From the IMG/VR virus record IMGVR_UViG_3300028591_000081, positions 1 to 64,000 of that record: 64,000 nt of DNA, one strand, 5' to 3'. The translations under genes were made by a program, and so were the position numbers. This document shows, piece after piece, positions 1-9,657 of this stretch. Each line of letters begins with the position of its first letter. The first letter of the stretch is position 1. The stretch is from a virus (lineage: Duplodnaviria > Caudoviricetes). The notes beneath the pieces were generated by a model that was given only the letters and a program-made list of their open reading frames with translations, had not been told where the DNA came from and did no database searches.

Positions 1-3000
1 CATTAGGTTCTGCGTAAGACGTGACAGACTCTCCATCCTGTATAAGGAAGTACCGATCTGATGAAGTTTCATCTACCTCCTCAGAGATCTCTGGAGTACC
101 GGTATATTCGGTCATGTCTTTACGAAAGAACTGAACCACATCAGAACCTTCCGGCCTGTATCCCCAAGAGGTCTCGTCATCGCTTTCATACGTGGCTGAA
201 ACATAGGTCTCCGAAGAGAGGTGTCCAGACACTTCCGTCTCCAAAGTGTTTACATCGACGCGAACCACACTGTGATTGTAAGGGATGCGTACTTCAAAAG
301 GATAGATGCGATGGAACAGACGAGCCGGGTCGTCCTCACTGGTATCAACAAGAGACCCAGCATCAGGCTCCATCACAGATATGTTAGAAGAAAGAACTAC
401 CTGCAAAGGATGCAGACCTGTATCCAGCATGACGGCGAATGAGTCGTAAATACCATCCTCCTCAGGATCTGCTTCCCACCCTTTCTTTACGAGACCGGAC
501 TTCGGCTCGCTGTGAGTCTGCACATTACAGAGTTCACCATTTGACAGACATGACTGATAAGAGGTCTCGGAGACATACACAGGAACATTGGAAATGGATG
601 CGTCCTCAGGCTTGATACCGTACTGTTCTTCCAAGGTATCCAGAAGAATCTCTGGTGTAATAGGAGTAAATCGCATCCCGTAAGGCTGGGTAATGTCATC
701 GAAGGCGTAAAAGTCATTCGTCGTCGTTCTCGGGATATAGGCATACAAATCATTCGCGATGTTCTCAATGAAGTACTGAGAGTCCTCAGACGACGTGCTG
801 TAAAATGCCGTTCCCGCCGGGACTTTGCCAAACACGTTGAACAAGGTGTCACTATACTCTGGCTCAACAACTTCCATGTCGATATACTTACCGGAAATGC
901 ACAGGAACACTGGATTTCCTAGACTATCGACAACCGGATTATTGTGTTCATCAAGTTTTCGTGTTCGATACCAGTAATACCCTCCGGCCATAGAATTGGA
1001 CTGCTCTTCCAAGAAGATGCGTGTCCCGTCTTCGAGAGTGACAGGAAGTCCTTCAAACATTACCGTGGAGCCGTCATCATACACGGCATCTACCATATAT
1101 GCCCCATTCTTCGTTATAGCGTTGGAGGCATAAGGATGGTACGTCAGCAGAGTCGGAACGGAACTATCAGGTATCTGTGTCTTGTTGAAGCTGATAGCGT
1201 ATGCCCGGACAACAAACACATCCGGGATTCCACCAGCATTATCCACAGGAGTCTGTACCCAGCTATTGAGAGGAATCGCGAGATCGATTTCACATCCAAA
1301 ACGGTTGGCATTAACAGACTGAGAATGTACGGTACGGTCGAAAGGTACGATGCAACCGACGTGCTTAAACTGATCCACCGGGGTATCGTTGCACCCCATA
1401 TATCCCATGATGTCCACGACAATGTGAGTCATGTTTTGCGGCAATGTGAGATTGTCCGAACATGTGACAAACAAATGATCGTTCTTATCGAGATCGATGA
1501 CTGGTTCTTCCACACTGTTATAACGCTGACCTGCAATCTCAGCAACAAATCCATCCGAACACTTTATGTCGTTCAACAGCCAGTTTTTTGTGCCAGAAGC
1601 ATAATGCGCATGTGCGGCAACACGGACAGAAAACAGAGGCGCACCCCCAATCATCCCGCTGTCGCCAATGAAGGCAAAGATATTCTCGTCTTGTCCAGTA
1701 ACCCTTGACAGGGCAAGTTTCTGTTCACCGCCATTCGTCTCACTGTCGATGGAGACCTTGATCTGCTGTCCCTTATTCCCAAACGTGATGCCTGTACTGT
1801 CAACGGTCACGCTCTGGGCATCACGATCTACCTGCGTACTTTCCGTATAAACATTGGAAGACAAAAGATAGGCTACACGAGCGTTCTGAACCTGCTTCTC
1901 ATAAAGACCCTTGATGACACGAAGAAGACGTGTACGAGTTACCTCATTCAGAGTCGTGGTGTTCCCGCTCCCGGTGTCTACTGGCACATCCGCTATCGCC
2001 TGATACTTGGTTCGAAGAGCTAGAAGATCCTCAGTGGTATAGACGGCTTTGAAATCCGATGGGTTTACGGCCACCGGTGGAAGCAGGAATTGTGACGGAT
2101 CCAAAAGTTCCGGGTGACGTAATGCCATCTCCCTTGCTACATCGGGATCTGAATCAATACTGGATAAGACAGAAGGATCCTCAAGGGCAAGACGGGAGTA
2201 CCCTCTCCACAACGATGCCAGAACAGCCCCGTCTGTAATCTCCGAGAGGTTGCATACAGGGGTGTCCTGACCGACATTCTCAGGAGTTTCCGCATCCCTG
2301 TCCTCACTGACATAAAAGAAATCCGATAGGATAGGCTTTCGCAGTTTCTCGGAATCCATCAGATTGCGGATCGCATCGTAAGACAGTCCGGTATCGGTAA
2401 CGGTGAGATGCCCTCCCGCCTGACCGATCACAAACGCCTTCACCTGTGCCTTATATGCGATTACCTGCTCGCTTTCAGGACTGCTGAGGACCTGACGCTC
2501 CATATCCGCATCATACCCGCTTACGAAAGCATAGGAAGTTCCTCCGGGAATCTTATAGAGCGTGCATGAAGGATCCGAAGACTCGATAGCAGAAATCCAC
2601 ACCTTCCTGCCATGGATCATCTGGTCATCATTGACCGTAACCACCCCACTTCCAGAACCACCGATTCCAGACCCGACAGGAAGATTCGCTTGATCGATAA
2701 GATTGCCGTCGCCGTCGAACAACTGTAAGTCACCAGTCACCTGATCGAACTTTATGGACAGCTTTCCGAGATCGTTACCGCCTTGAAGGTTCTCCAAATC
2801 CTGTAACGTGGCCACACCGTTTTCGACGATGACGATCTGACTGTACCCATTGGTGAGAACCAACTGGAAAGTGACGTACAGACTGTTATTCCCGTCGCTC
2901 TGAAGAACGCTCTCATTATCATTGCTGGCTACGGCAAACAGGATATTCTCCAAGGGAGTCCCTGTGTCGTCTTGGGCGATGTCATTGTTTTCATCAAGAA

Positions 3001-3325
3001 GCGTCGCAAACAGATACGCAGAACGCATCACGAAAGCACCGGCAGTCGTGCGCTTGAACTTTCCCACGGCCCGAAGATCCGTACTTCCGCTCCCAGAAGA
3101 CGTGTGGGACTGGACAGGCGATACGTTCCACATGGTGCCTTCTGAAAACCTTTCCGTATCATTCTTGGCCTGACTGTATGTAACTCCGCCACCAGTAGGC
3201 ATCATGGCTGGCGTGATTGCGGCCACCTCGGTAAACATGGCCGTAAAACTTAAATGACACCCCTCTCCAAGACGACGAATCAGGTACATACCCTGATTAG
3301 TTATATTCTGACGATCAAAAGCCAT
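1..3325 (-). CDS. Large putative virion (baseplate/tail) protein, >1108 aa, runs off the left edge of the window
   Basis: Manual translation from ATG at 3325 (RBS TAAGGAGAG) gives MAFDRQNITNQGMYLIRRLG... with no stop before base 1. Absent from the ORF track because it has no stop in the window. N-terminus resembles that of the tail fibre at 29867. Confidence 0.8.
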   Translation of the reverse strand, partial: MAFDRQNITNQGMYLIRRLGEGCHLSFTAMFTEVAAITPAMMPTGGGVTYSQAKNDTERFSEGTMWNVSPVQSHTSSGSGSTDLRAVGKFKRTTAGAFVMRSAYLFATLLDENNDIAQDDTGTPLENILFAVASNDNESVLQSDGNNSLYVTFQLVLTNGYSQIVIVENGVATLQDLENLQGGNDLGKLSIKFDQVTGDLQLFDGDGNLIDQANLPVGSGIGGSGSGVVTVNDDQMIHGRKVWISAIESSDPSCTLYKIPGGTSYAFVSGYDADMERQVLSSPESEQVIAYKAQVKAFVIGQAGGHLTVTDTGLSYDAIRNLMDSEKLRKPILSDFFYVSEDRDAETPENVGQDTPVCNLSEITDGAVLASLWRGYSRLALEDPSVLSSIDSDPDVAREMALRHPELLDPSQFLLPPVAVNPSDFKAVYTTEDLLALRTKYQAIADVPVDTGSGNTTTLNEVTRTRLLRVIKGLYEKQVQNARVAYLLSSNVYTESTQVDRDAQSVTVDSTGITFGNKGQQIKVSIDSETNGGEQKLALSRVTGQDENIFAFIGDSGMIGGAPLFSVRVAAHAHYASGTKNWLLNDIKCSDGFVAEIAGQRYNSVEEPVIDLDKNDHLFVTCSDNLTLPQNMTHIVVDIMGYMGCNDTPVDQFKHVGCIVPFDRTVHSQSVNANRFGCEIDLAIPLNSWVQTPVDNAGGIPDVFVVRAYAISFNKTQIPDSSVPTLLTYHPYASNAITKNGAYMVDAVYDDGSTVMFEGLPVTLEDGTRIFLEEQSNSMAGGYYWYRTRKLDEHNNPVVDSLGNPVFLCISGKYIDMEVVEPEYSDTLFNVFGKVPAGTAFYSTSSEDSQYFIENIANDLYAYIPRTTTNDFYAFDDITQPYGMRFTPITPEILLDTLEEQYGIKPEDASISNVPVYVSETSYQSCLSNGELCNVQTHSEPKSGLVKKGWEADPEEDGIYDSFAVMLDTGLHPLQVVLSSNISVMEPDAGSLVDTSEDDPARLFHRIYPFEVRIPYNHSVVRVDVNTLETEVSGHLSSETYVSATYESDDETSWGYRPEGSDVVQFFRKDMTEYTGTPEISEEVDETSSDRYFLIQDGESVTSYAEPN

Positions 3326-3624
3326 AAACATCTCTCCTTACAGAATAGTGACGGATACCCGAAACAGATCATGCCTATGGTTTGATTGTACAAGCGTCGG
3401 TGCGGTGATGAAGACACTTCACGTTACAGGTAAACCTTCAACCACAAAAAACTATGCTACTTTGGGGGGATGAAAGTTTACGACTTTTCGTTCCCCATAA
3501 TGGGAAGTCTCTCAAACATCATCATAGTGAACGAAAAACAGCCTCTCTGACGACGATTAGGAACCTACCCTACCAAATACACTGGCACGTCAAAAAATTG
3601 AATACAGAGCATCCTAGAGGCATT

Positions 3625-5334
3625 TTAGAGGTCTTTCAGTTTCAGGGTCATCACTGCCTCACTACACGAGGTCGTGTCAATCGAAATCACCCTGTTGTCC
3701 CCAACGGACAAAACCGCAAGCGGAATGGTGTTGTCATCCATATCCCGAGCATAGATGATCAGTGAGGCCATGTCGAACATTCCACTAGAGCTGTGCAAAT
3801 CGAAAGACACTCGAATGACAAGGTTCGGCCTGTCTTGATCATACTCATTGTATGTGTCCAGCACCTGACCGACGACGGAATTGAAGTGCATCTGATTTAT
3901 TTCTTCGACGGAGAGGTTCTCTATCTGGGAATGTGTGAATGAAGCATCCGGCACGCACTTCACAAACAGAACCTGCTGGATACCTTTGGCGAACAACCCG
4001 TACATGGCCCTCTGTCCCTCAAGCGTAAGACCAAGTTCCTTGAACGGAGCCGTAACTTGGAAATTGGCATCCAGATCGCTGTCAGGAGTGGGCACATCTT
4101 TGAGTCTGGAAGAATCCATCATCAGACAGGTATCTGCTAGAATGAACGCGCCGTCTTGATCAGTACCCTGTCCTGAGTTCTCTGTGTACACCTGACCAAG
4201 GTCTGCCGTCAGGTAGTGGTCAGGAATCGTGTACTGCTTGTAAGGATCAATCGTAACATGGAATGGAAATCGAATCTGTGAGGAAAACGAAACATCACCA
4301 AGATTCACCGAGATCGGAAGTCTCTTGAAGTCCACATGGGTCTTGACTTGATAGTCCCCCATGAAATTCCAGTCCTCGATCCCTGACTCGACAATCGTTG
4401 ACACATACACATTGGGTATAAGTCGCCCTGTGTACATGAAAAATGTGATGGCGACATCAACGGCCCCAAGGTCAACCCGAATATACGCATAACGGTACAG
4501 ATCGGGGTATCCAGTGACTTCGTACTCTCCAGCCAAGTAACCCCCGTAACCAAGCTCCCCCTTTTCGGTTTCTGGAGAGACTGAACCGACCGTACCTATA
4601 ACCGGAACTGGGTCTGTGTTCTCCCAATTATAGAACAGGTTACGCCCTTGCAAATCTTCGCGGCCACTGTACAAGGGATTGTGCAGAGTGTCCAAAGCAG
4701 ACTGTAAAATGTCCCGTAAATTTGTGTCCCCGGTGTACCATCCAGTATCTGTTCTAGTGAACGGAAGGGTTCCATACCCAGCATTAGCCAGACCGTACAG
4801 GAAGCCCTCCGCCAACTGGTAGCGGGCCGTGTAATTCACGTTCTTGGTTTGTGCTACCCATGTACGGTAGGCCGCATCGTACCGTCTGGCATAAGCCTCA
4901 TCAGACTCTCCCTGCAACCGTTCCGGTGGGGTAAACGAAGTAATGTCTTTCAGATCTACTGGCTCATAATCCGACGAACGCATGAACATCGGAATCTTAC
5001 CACCCTTCTTTGTGGTAAATCCAAGATCGTCGAAAAGAAACCGCAGTGCCCAGATGTCAAAAGACAAACCGTCCTTGGTAAGGTCTATCCTCCACTTGTC
5101 ATCAAGGTACCGATGAGCCTTGTCGAACATTTGTTTATCGACAATCAGCTCTTCTCCATTCTTATCCTGTATGGTACTAGGAATCCAGATATGGTCTGAC
5201 ACATGGCTGTGTGGAAGTCCTGCGGAATACCCAATCAGGAACAACATATTCAAGTCCACCACATTGTAACGCTCCAACAGGTAGTCGTAATACCGGATGT
5301 CCTGATTATTTCTTGTCCAATATGTTACTGACAT
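3625..5334 (-). CDS. Hypothetical protein, probably virion structural (569 aa)
   Basis: Long ORF, acidic and aromatic-rich, next to the large structural ORF; no diagnostic motif. Confidence 0.55.
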   Translation of the reverse strand: MSVTYWTRNNQDIRYYDYLLERYNVVDLNMLFLIGYSAGLPHSHVSDHIWIPSTIQDKNGEELIVDKQMFDKAHRYLDDKWRIDLTKDGLSFDIWALRFLFDDLGFTTKKGGKIPMFMRSSDYEPVDLKDITSFTPPERLQGESDEAYARRYDAAYRTWVAQTKNVNYTARYQLAEGFLYGLANAGYGTLPFTRTDTGWYTGDTNLRDILQSALDTLHNPLYSGREDLQGRNLFYNWENTDPVPVIGTVGSVSPETEKGELGYGGYLAGEYEVTGYPDLYRYAYIRVDLGAVDVAITFFMYTGRLIPNVYVSTIVESGIEDWNFMGDYQVKTHVDFKRLPISVNLGDVSFSSQIRFPFHVTIDPYKQYTIPDHYLTADLGQVYTENSGQGTDQDGAFILADTCLMMDSSRLKDVPTPDSDLDANFQVTAPFKELGLTLEGQRAMYGLFAKGIQQVLFVKCVPDASFTHSQIENLSVEEINQMHFNSVVGQVLDTYNEYDQDRPNLVIRVSFDLHSSSGMFDMASLIIYARDMDDNTIPLAVLSVGDNRVISIDTTSCSEAVMTLKLKDL

Positions 5335-5356
5335 GGCATCTCACACGGGCACAGGC

Positions 5357-5399
5357 AAAAAGAAAAGCCAAGAGAATTTGCGGGTTCTATTGGCTTTTT
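5357..5399. terminator. Probable intrinsic terminator
   Basis: AAAAGCCAA...TTGGCTTTT hairpin with A/T tracts, downstream of the 5436-7583 gene. Confidence 0.5.
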
Positions 5400-5435
5400 G
5401 ATTTATTGGATCTTTATTGGGCCATGGAAACCATG

Positions 5436-7583
5436 TTATCGGTTCAGTCCATACCTTTCCATCAACTCGTCAGCCGCGTCGGCAATCGCCTCTTCCCGAA
5501 TCTTCTGAACTCTGTCAGCAATTTCCCAAGCCAGCTCCTCCAGTTCGGACACCCGCACAGGCAAGTCTAAGGTGTAATTGCTGGTGTACTCGGAAAGAAC
5601 CCCAGCTTCATCTCGGCACATGTCATCAATATCTTCAACATCAGTATCTTCGTCAATGCTTCCTTCAAGGGAGTCAATGATTTCAGAAGCCGTGGCCGGT
5701 TCATAATACTCAAGCTGAATCTGGTTCTGAAGCCCGTCATAGAGCAATGTAACCTCATCATTGAAGAACTCTACCTCGTTGTTGTCAGAGTCCTCATCGA
5801 GATTTACATCCCCAAAACCTTTCTTTTTCAGGTAATCCATCAGGTCTTGTGCAGTACGGATTGTGCGCCCGTCAAATGATTCGTTCCTTCTGAGATTACG
5901 TCTACATCTTGTCCTAATCATAATACTTCCCTCTACATGTTTGATTTGGTGGGTGGTTTCGTTCGAAGACCAATAAAAGGCTCGATCCCAAAAATCGTCC
6001 GAATCCTTGGAGGGATCATTCCTTCCAAGCAGGAGACGATCATAAAGATTTTTTGCGAAGCTGTGCCCAGCAAAGCGGCGTCGAACTGTACCGCCTTGAG
6101 GTGAATCGTATGTGACCATCCATTTACCGTCAGGAAGTTCCTCAGGTTCGGTCACTGAGTCCTTAACATGATCCATGAAGTATTCAAGTTCTGCCTTATG
6201 GGCGGCTTTTTGGGCCTGACGGTCTGCTGAGGCTTTCTCGGCATCTTCTGCGTCTTTGAGGGCCCTTGCCTGTTTGCTGGAAGCATCATCTGCGATCACC
6301 GTTGCCATGGACGCGATCTTCTGAGAGTCAGCGAATTCCAATGATTTCTCACGATCAAGGGAGAAGAAATCCGTGGGGTTCGCGAACTTGCCGGTATGGT
6401 GCCATGAAGACTTCCTGAGACAATTTTGAAACAGAACATCCTTGGAGAACCTTCCAAACCCAGACGCCTCTGAATCCCCAAACTCATCACGAAGGGCGTC
6501 GAGAATGGCCGTTTTCGACCATTTACTTTTAGGCATTTCTCCTCCGTCATACGCGCTCTTTGCGCGGACAGACATACTCTGTCCAACATACCCTTTCTGA
6601 CCGAAAGAAACACTCCCCTCATACTTGTGATGCACTTTCAGACTGTGCCTTCTCCACATGCCACGGCCCTCAGCACGAAACTTGTCATAATCCTGATTAA
6701 AGCTGTCTATGGCTTTCAGGATATGCTTACAGGCGAAACCGTGCCTGTCTTTGTTCGTCTGGTTTGGTGGACGAACTTCAGGATCGATAGAACTCCCCTT
6801 CATCGTGGCCATGTACTTGTACCCCTGATACAAGAATGCCGGGCACGTACAGTCAATTTCAATGTTCCCCTTCACGGCATGTTGTATCTCGTCATCGAGA
6901 TGAGCCTGATCAGGATGCCAGTCGTGAAGTTTGAACGTTACTGTGTAAGACCTCCCTGCCTTGGACTGAGACGTGACATCATATTTGACTTCCCCAGTTT
7001 CCTTGTCGAAGGACTGATACCTTGCCACGATATTCGATGAACGCGCTCTGCTCTGACTTTTACGGTCTGAGAGGTTCGGAATATCCCGGGAAGTCACTTC
7101 AAAGCACCTATGGAACCTGATGCTAGGTTTTGAAGATTCAAAAGAGCACCCATACGAAAGTTCCTCACACACCAACGTGCTGATAATCTCGCATACGGCG
7201 TCAGAAAACTCTTGAACTTCCGTAGGGTCATTCACATGACAAGAGTCGATGAAAGCATCCTCATAACTCATGCAGGTGCGATAGTCTGGATTCCGTTCCC
7301 CACAAGGCTCATCAATTCCATCACAGGAGAGAACCGAAAGATCAAGGACATCCATATACCCATCCGGGTATATGGAAAACACGAACCTCCAATCACAAGA
7401 TCCTTCATAAGAGAGTACTAAGACATAACGAGAAATGCCTTCTCCATCAAAAGGATAAGCGTCGGCCTTGACGGGAACCACATCGTCACATACCGTCTGA
7501 AAGACCTGTGTCACGATGTCCGTAAGAAGAACCTCGCTTCGATTGCAAGGCAATGAACCAGAATCAATCACACTGTACGACAT
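5436..7583 (-). CDS. Multidomain protein with SWIM-type zinc finger (possible polyvalent or internal head protein)
   Basis: CTC...CKH SWIM-like motif (IDCTCPAFLYQGY...FACKH); separate GYxGxSMSxRA...SKW...WHHT block; acidic C-terminus. ATG 7583 has a GGAG RBS. Confidence 0.6.
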   Translation of the reverse strand: MSYSVIDSGSLPCNRSEVLLTDIVTQVFQTVCDDVVPVKADAYPFDGEGISRYVLVLSYEGSCDWRFVFSIYPDGYMDVLDLSVLSCDGIDEPCGERNPDYRTCMSYEDAFIDSCHVNDPTEVQEFSDAVCEIISTLVCEELSYGCSFESSKPSIRFHRCFEVTSRDIPNLSDRKSQSRARSSNIVARYQSFDKETGEVKYDVTSQSKAGRSYTVTFKLHDWHPDQAHLDDEIQHAVKGNIEIDCTCPAFLYQGYKYMATMKGSSIDPEVRPPNQTNKDRHGFACKHILKAIDSFNQDYDKFRAEGRGMWRRHSLKVHHKYEGSVSFGQKGYVGQSMSVRAKSAYDGGEMPKSKWSKTAILDALRDEFGDSEASGFGRFSKDVLFQNCLRKSSWHHTGKFANPTDFFSLDREKSLEFADSQKIASMATVIADDASSKQARALKDAEDAEKASADRQAQKAAHKAELEYFMDHVKDSVTEPEELPDGKWMVTYDSPQGGTVRRRFAGHSFAKNLYDRLLLGRNDPSKDSDDFWDRAFYWSSNETTHQIKHVEGSIMIRTRCRRNLRRNESFDGRTIRTAQDLMDYLKKKGFGDVNLDEDSDNNEVEFFNDEVTLLYDGLQNQIQLEYYEPATASEIIDSLEGSIDEDTDVEDIDDMCRDEAGVLSEYTSNYTLDLPVRVSELEELAWEIADRVQKIREEAIADAADELMERYGLNR

Positions 7584-7594
7584 AAGGGAACTCC

Positions 7595-8446
7595 ATGGAA
7601 CAGCATACCTCACAGGGTTTGGATATTACACGATTCCGATCTTTTTCAGAACAGCAGAAGAAAAAGTTTGGATGGGTTACACCAGTACTTCCTCTGGCCG
7701 GAGCCAAGTCTCGTCGATGGTGGAGAGAAATCCAGACAGTCGCAGACCTACTTCCAAAAGGAGCCAAAGTTCTGGATGCCTTTGCAGGAACCTTCTGTGT
7801 CTCTAGGATACTCAAGGATTTAAGACCTGATTTGAAAGTAACGGTAAACGATTTCGAGTGGCAGTACATGACCCGCCTTGACGTAATTTACCAGACGGTC
7901 TCTCTGTGGAAAACTTTGCACGACACCATACAGTATGAGGAAGCAAAGCAAGCGAAGTTCCTGAAATTCACTACGGAGCAGGAAAGGGTGTTCAAAAACT
8001 GTCTTGACCAAGCAGTAGATAAGACCACCGTCAGCTCGTGGGGAAATGGGTATGGATCGATGCGAAACAAAGTTCCTAAGACCCCTCCGGATTTACAACT
8101 GGCGAAGACATGGACGCAAGGGCTTGAGTTCATTAACATCCGAATGCGCCCGGAGTGTTCAGAAACGAAAGACCTAATCAGAGAACATGACTTCATCATT
8201 ATGGATCCTCCGTACACCAACACCAACTGTCGAAAGCATTACTCGGATGCCACCAAGGAAGCACGAGAGTGGTGCTTCGAGGTGATTCACAGCGATAAGA
8301 TGTACATGCTGTGGGACTTGGAATCCAGCGACCTGTTGAAAGAAGCGGTTGCTTCCGGTGCCGTCCGTGTCTCCGACAAAGTGATGGGATACACAGGAAA
8401 AGACACCGGCAAAGAAAGTTTGATCCTCAAACTAGACATGCTCTGA
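7595..8446 (+). CDS. DNA adenine methyltransferase (Dam/D12-like), orphan
   Basis: SAM-binding motif I DAFAGT, VNDF, catalytic DPPY. Confidence 0.8.
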   Translation: MEQHTSQGLDITRFRSFSEQQKKKFGWVTPVLPLAGAKSRRWWREIQTVADLLPKGAKVLDAFAGTFCVSRILKDLRPDLKVTVNDFEWQYMTRLDVIYQTVSLWKTLHDTIQYEEAKQAKFLKFTTEQERVFKNCLDQAVDKTTVSSWGNGYGSMRNKVPKTPPDLQLAKTWTQGLEFINIRMRPECSETKDLIREHDFIIMDPPYTNTNCRKHYSDATKEAREWCFEVIHSDKMYMLWDLESSDLLKEAVASGAVRVSDKVMGYTGKDTGKESLILKLDML

Positions 8447-8785
8447 TTCAGCGTCTTCAAGCTCTTTCTTGGTATCATTGACAGCGCGTTCTACCCATGC
8501 GATGTTCTTTTTCCATTTGACGGCAACAGACTTGGTGTCTCGCAGTCTCTTCCAGTCCGTGTACACCTGAACACGTTCAATACGGCGTTCGATTTCTTCT
8601 ATGGTAGGGAACTCGATCTTGTCCCCCTGAAATGCGTCAAGAAATTTCAAAAAGTTCTCCCCAAGAATGTACTCCATGGCCCTAAAAATGTTTGACTCGC
8701 TCATATTGTCCAGCAAGTCTGCGAGCATCTCCCTCTGATCCGTGGACATGTCCGCATGTTTAATCAAGATCCCCGGCTTACGCAT
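8432..8785 (-). CDS. Mor/C-like transcription activator
   Basis: 117 aa; FLKFLDAFQGDKIEFP followed by a C-terminal HTH-like segment (KSVAVKWKKNIAWVERAV), matching the Mu Mor/C architecture. Confidence 0.55.
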   Translation of the reverse strand: MRKPGILIKHADMSTDQREMLADLLDNMSESNIFRAMEYILGENFLKFLDAFQGDKIEFPTIEEIERRIERVQVYTDWKRLRDTKSVAVKWKKNIAWVERAVNDTKKELEDAESEHV

Positions 8786-8812
8786 TTCAGTCCTCCAGCG
8801 TCTTCAAGCGTG

Positions 8813-9559
8813 TTACAGATTGGTTATGCCGTCACCGAAACGGTAGCTCGTCCAGTGACGCGATTCAGGCAACTTCTGACCTTCATGGAAGCACCACAAT
8901 TTCAACGACAGAAGTCTCGCCTCTTTTACATCACGGAATGAGTAGTCCAGAAGAACAGGGTCTACTTCATCGCATTCAATGACGAGAGTTGTCGGACTGA
9001 AATTCCGATCCAAGGTGGTGTCTTCAGTCGGAATGTATTTATTATCCTTGTACAGGCTGTTCGACATCGTATTACGCATCCGAGTATAGAGAATAGCCCG
9101 AAGGTTGGAAATTTTACCCTTGAAATGACGAACCTTCTTGTCCAGCCAGTAGGCACAGTCGGATACGGCCAGAGTGTTCAGACTGCTCTGGTCTTCATAA
9201 CGATAATGCTTTCCAGAAACCGAGTAGGCAAGCATTTGGAGATACAGCCAGCCGAACTCTGTAAGACCTGATTCCGGAGCAATGAACTGATCAAGACGCA
9301 TAGACTTTGGGTCATACGAAAAAGCATCAGGATACTTCGACAGAAGAAGTTTGGTAGCCCTGCGAGCAGAGAACAAGTCCTGCAACTCCAAATCTTCCTG
9401 AACCGTCTGATCACTCCCTTCCTCTTCCGGTTCGGGACAGGATTCAGGAGAATCACCGGACATGGAGAAAGAACTTTCCGAAGACTCATCTCCATCCTCG
9501 TAGTCATAGTCACTTTCTTCAAGATTTTCCCAGCTCAGTTCGCCATCAAGTTCTTTCAT
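8813..9559 (-). CDS. Hypothetical protein with possible sigma-70 region-2-like segment
   Basis: Acidic N-terminus; LRAILYTRMRNTMSNSLYK resembles sigma region 2.3-2.4; start uncertain (9559 or 9568). Confidence 0.35.
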   Translation of the reverse strand: MKELDGELSWENLEESDYDYEDGDESSESSFSMSGDSPESCPEPEEEGSDQTVQEDLELQDLFSARRATKLLLSKYPDAFSYDPKSMRLDQFIAPESGLTEFGWLYLQMLAYSVSGKHYRYEDQSSLNTLAVSDCAYWLDKKVRHFKGKISNLRAILYTRMRNTMSNSLYKDNKYIPTEDTTLDRNFSPTTLVIECDEVDPVLLDYSFRDVKEARLLSLKLWCFHEGQKLPESRHWTSYRFGDGITNL

Positions 9560-9657
9560 GGTCTGCATCTCCGTTGCAGTTGCACAAGTCACCAAAACAC
9601 GACTGTACCGCCTAACCGCACCATTGTCACGGTTAAAAAGCTAGTCTAGGTCACATT

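Noticed and set aside
61-3173. Plus-strand and off-frame ORFs in the track here, and similar ones over other long genes (e.g. 27532-28344, 33209-34762, 39889-40530)
   Set aside because: Antisense or off-frame shadows of real genes; no RBS or motifs
9595-9630. Near-match to the promoter box (ATGGTGCGGTT)
   Set aside because: Mismatch in the invariant core and no extended -10 at 19-20 nt spacing
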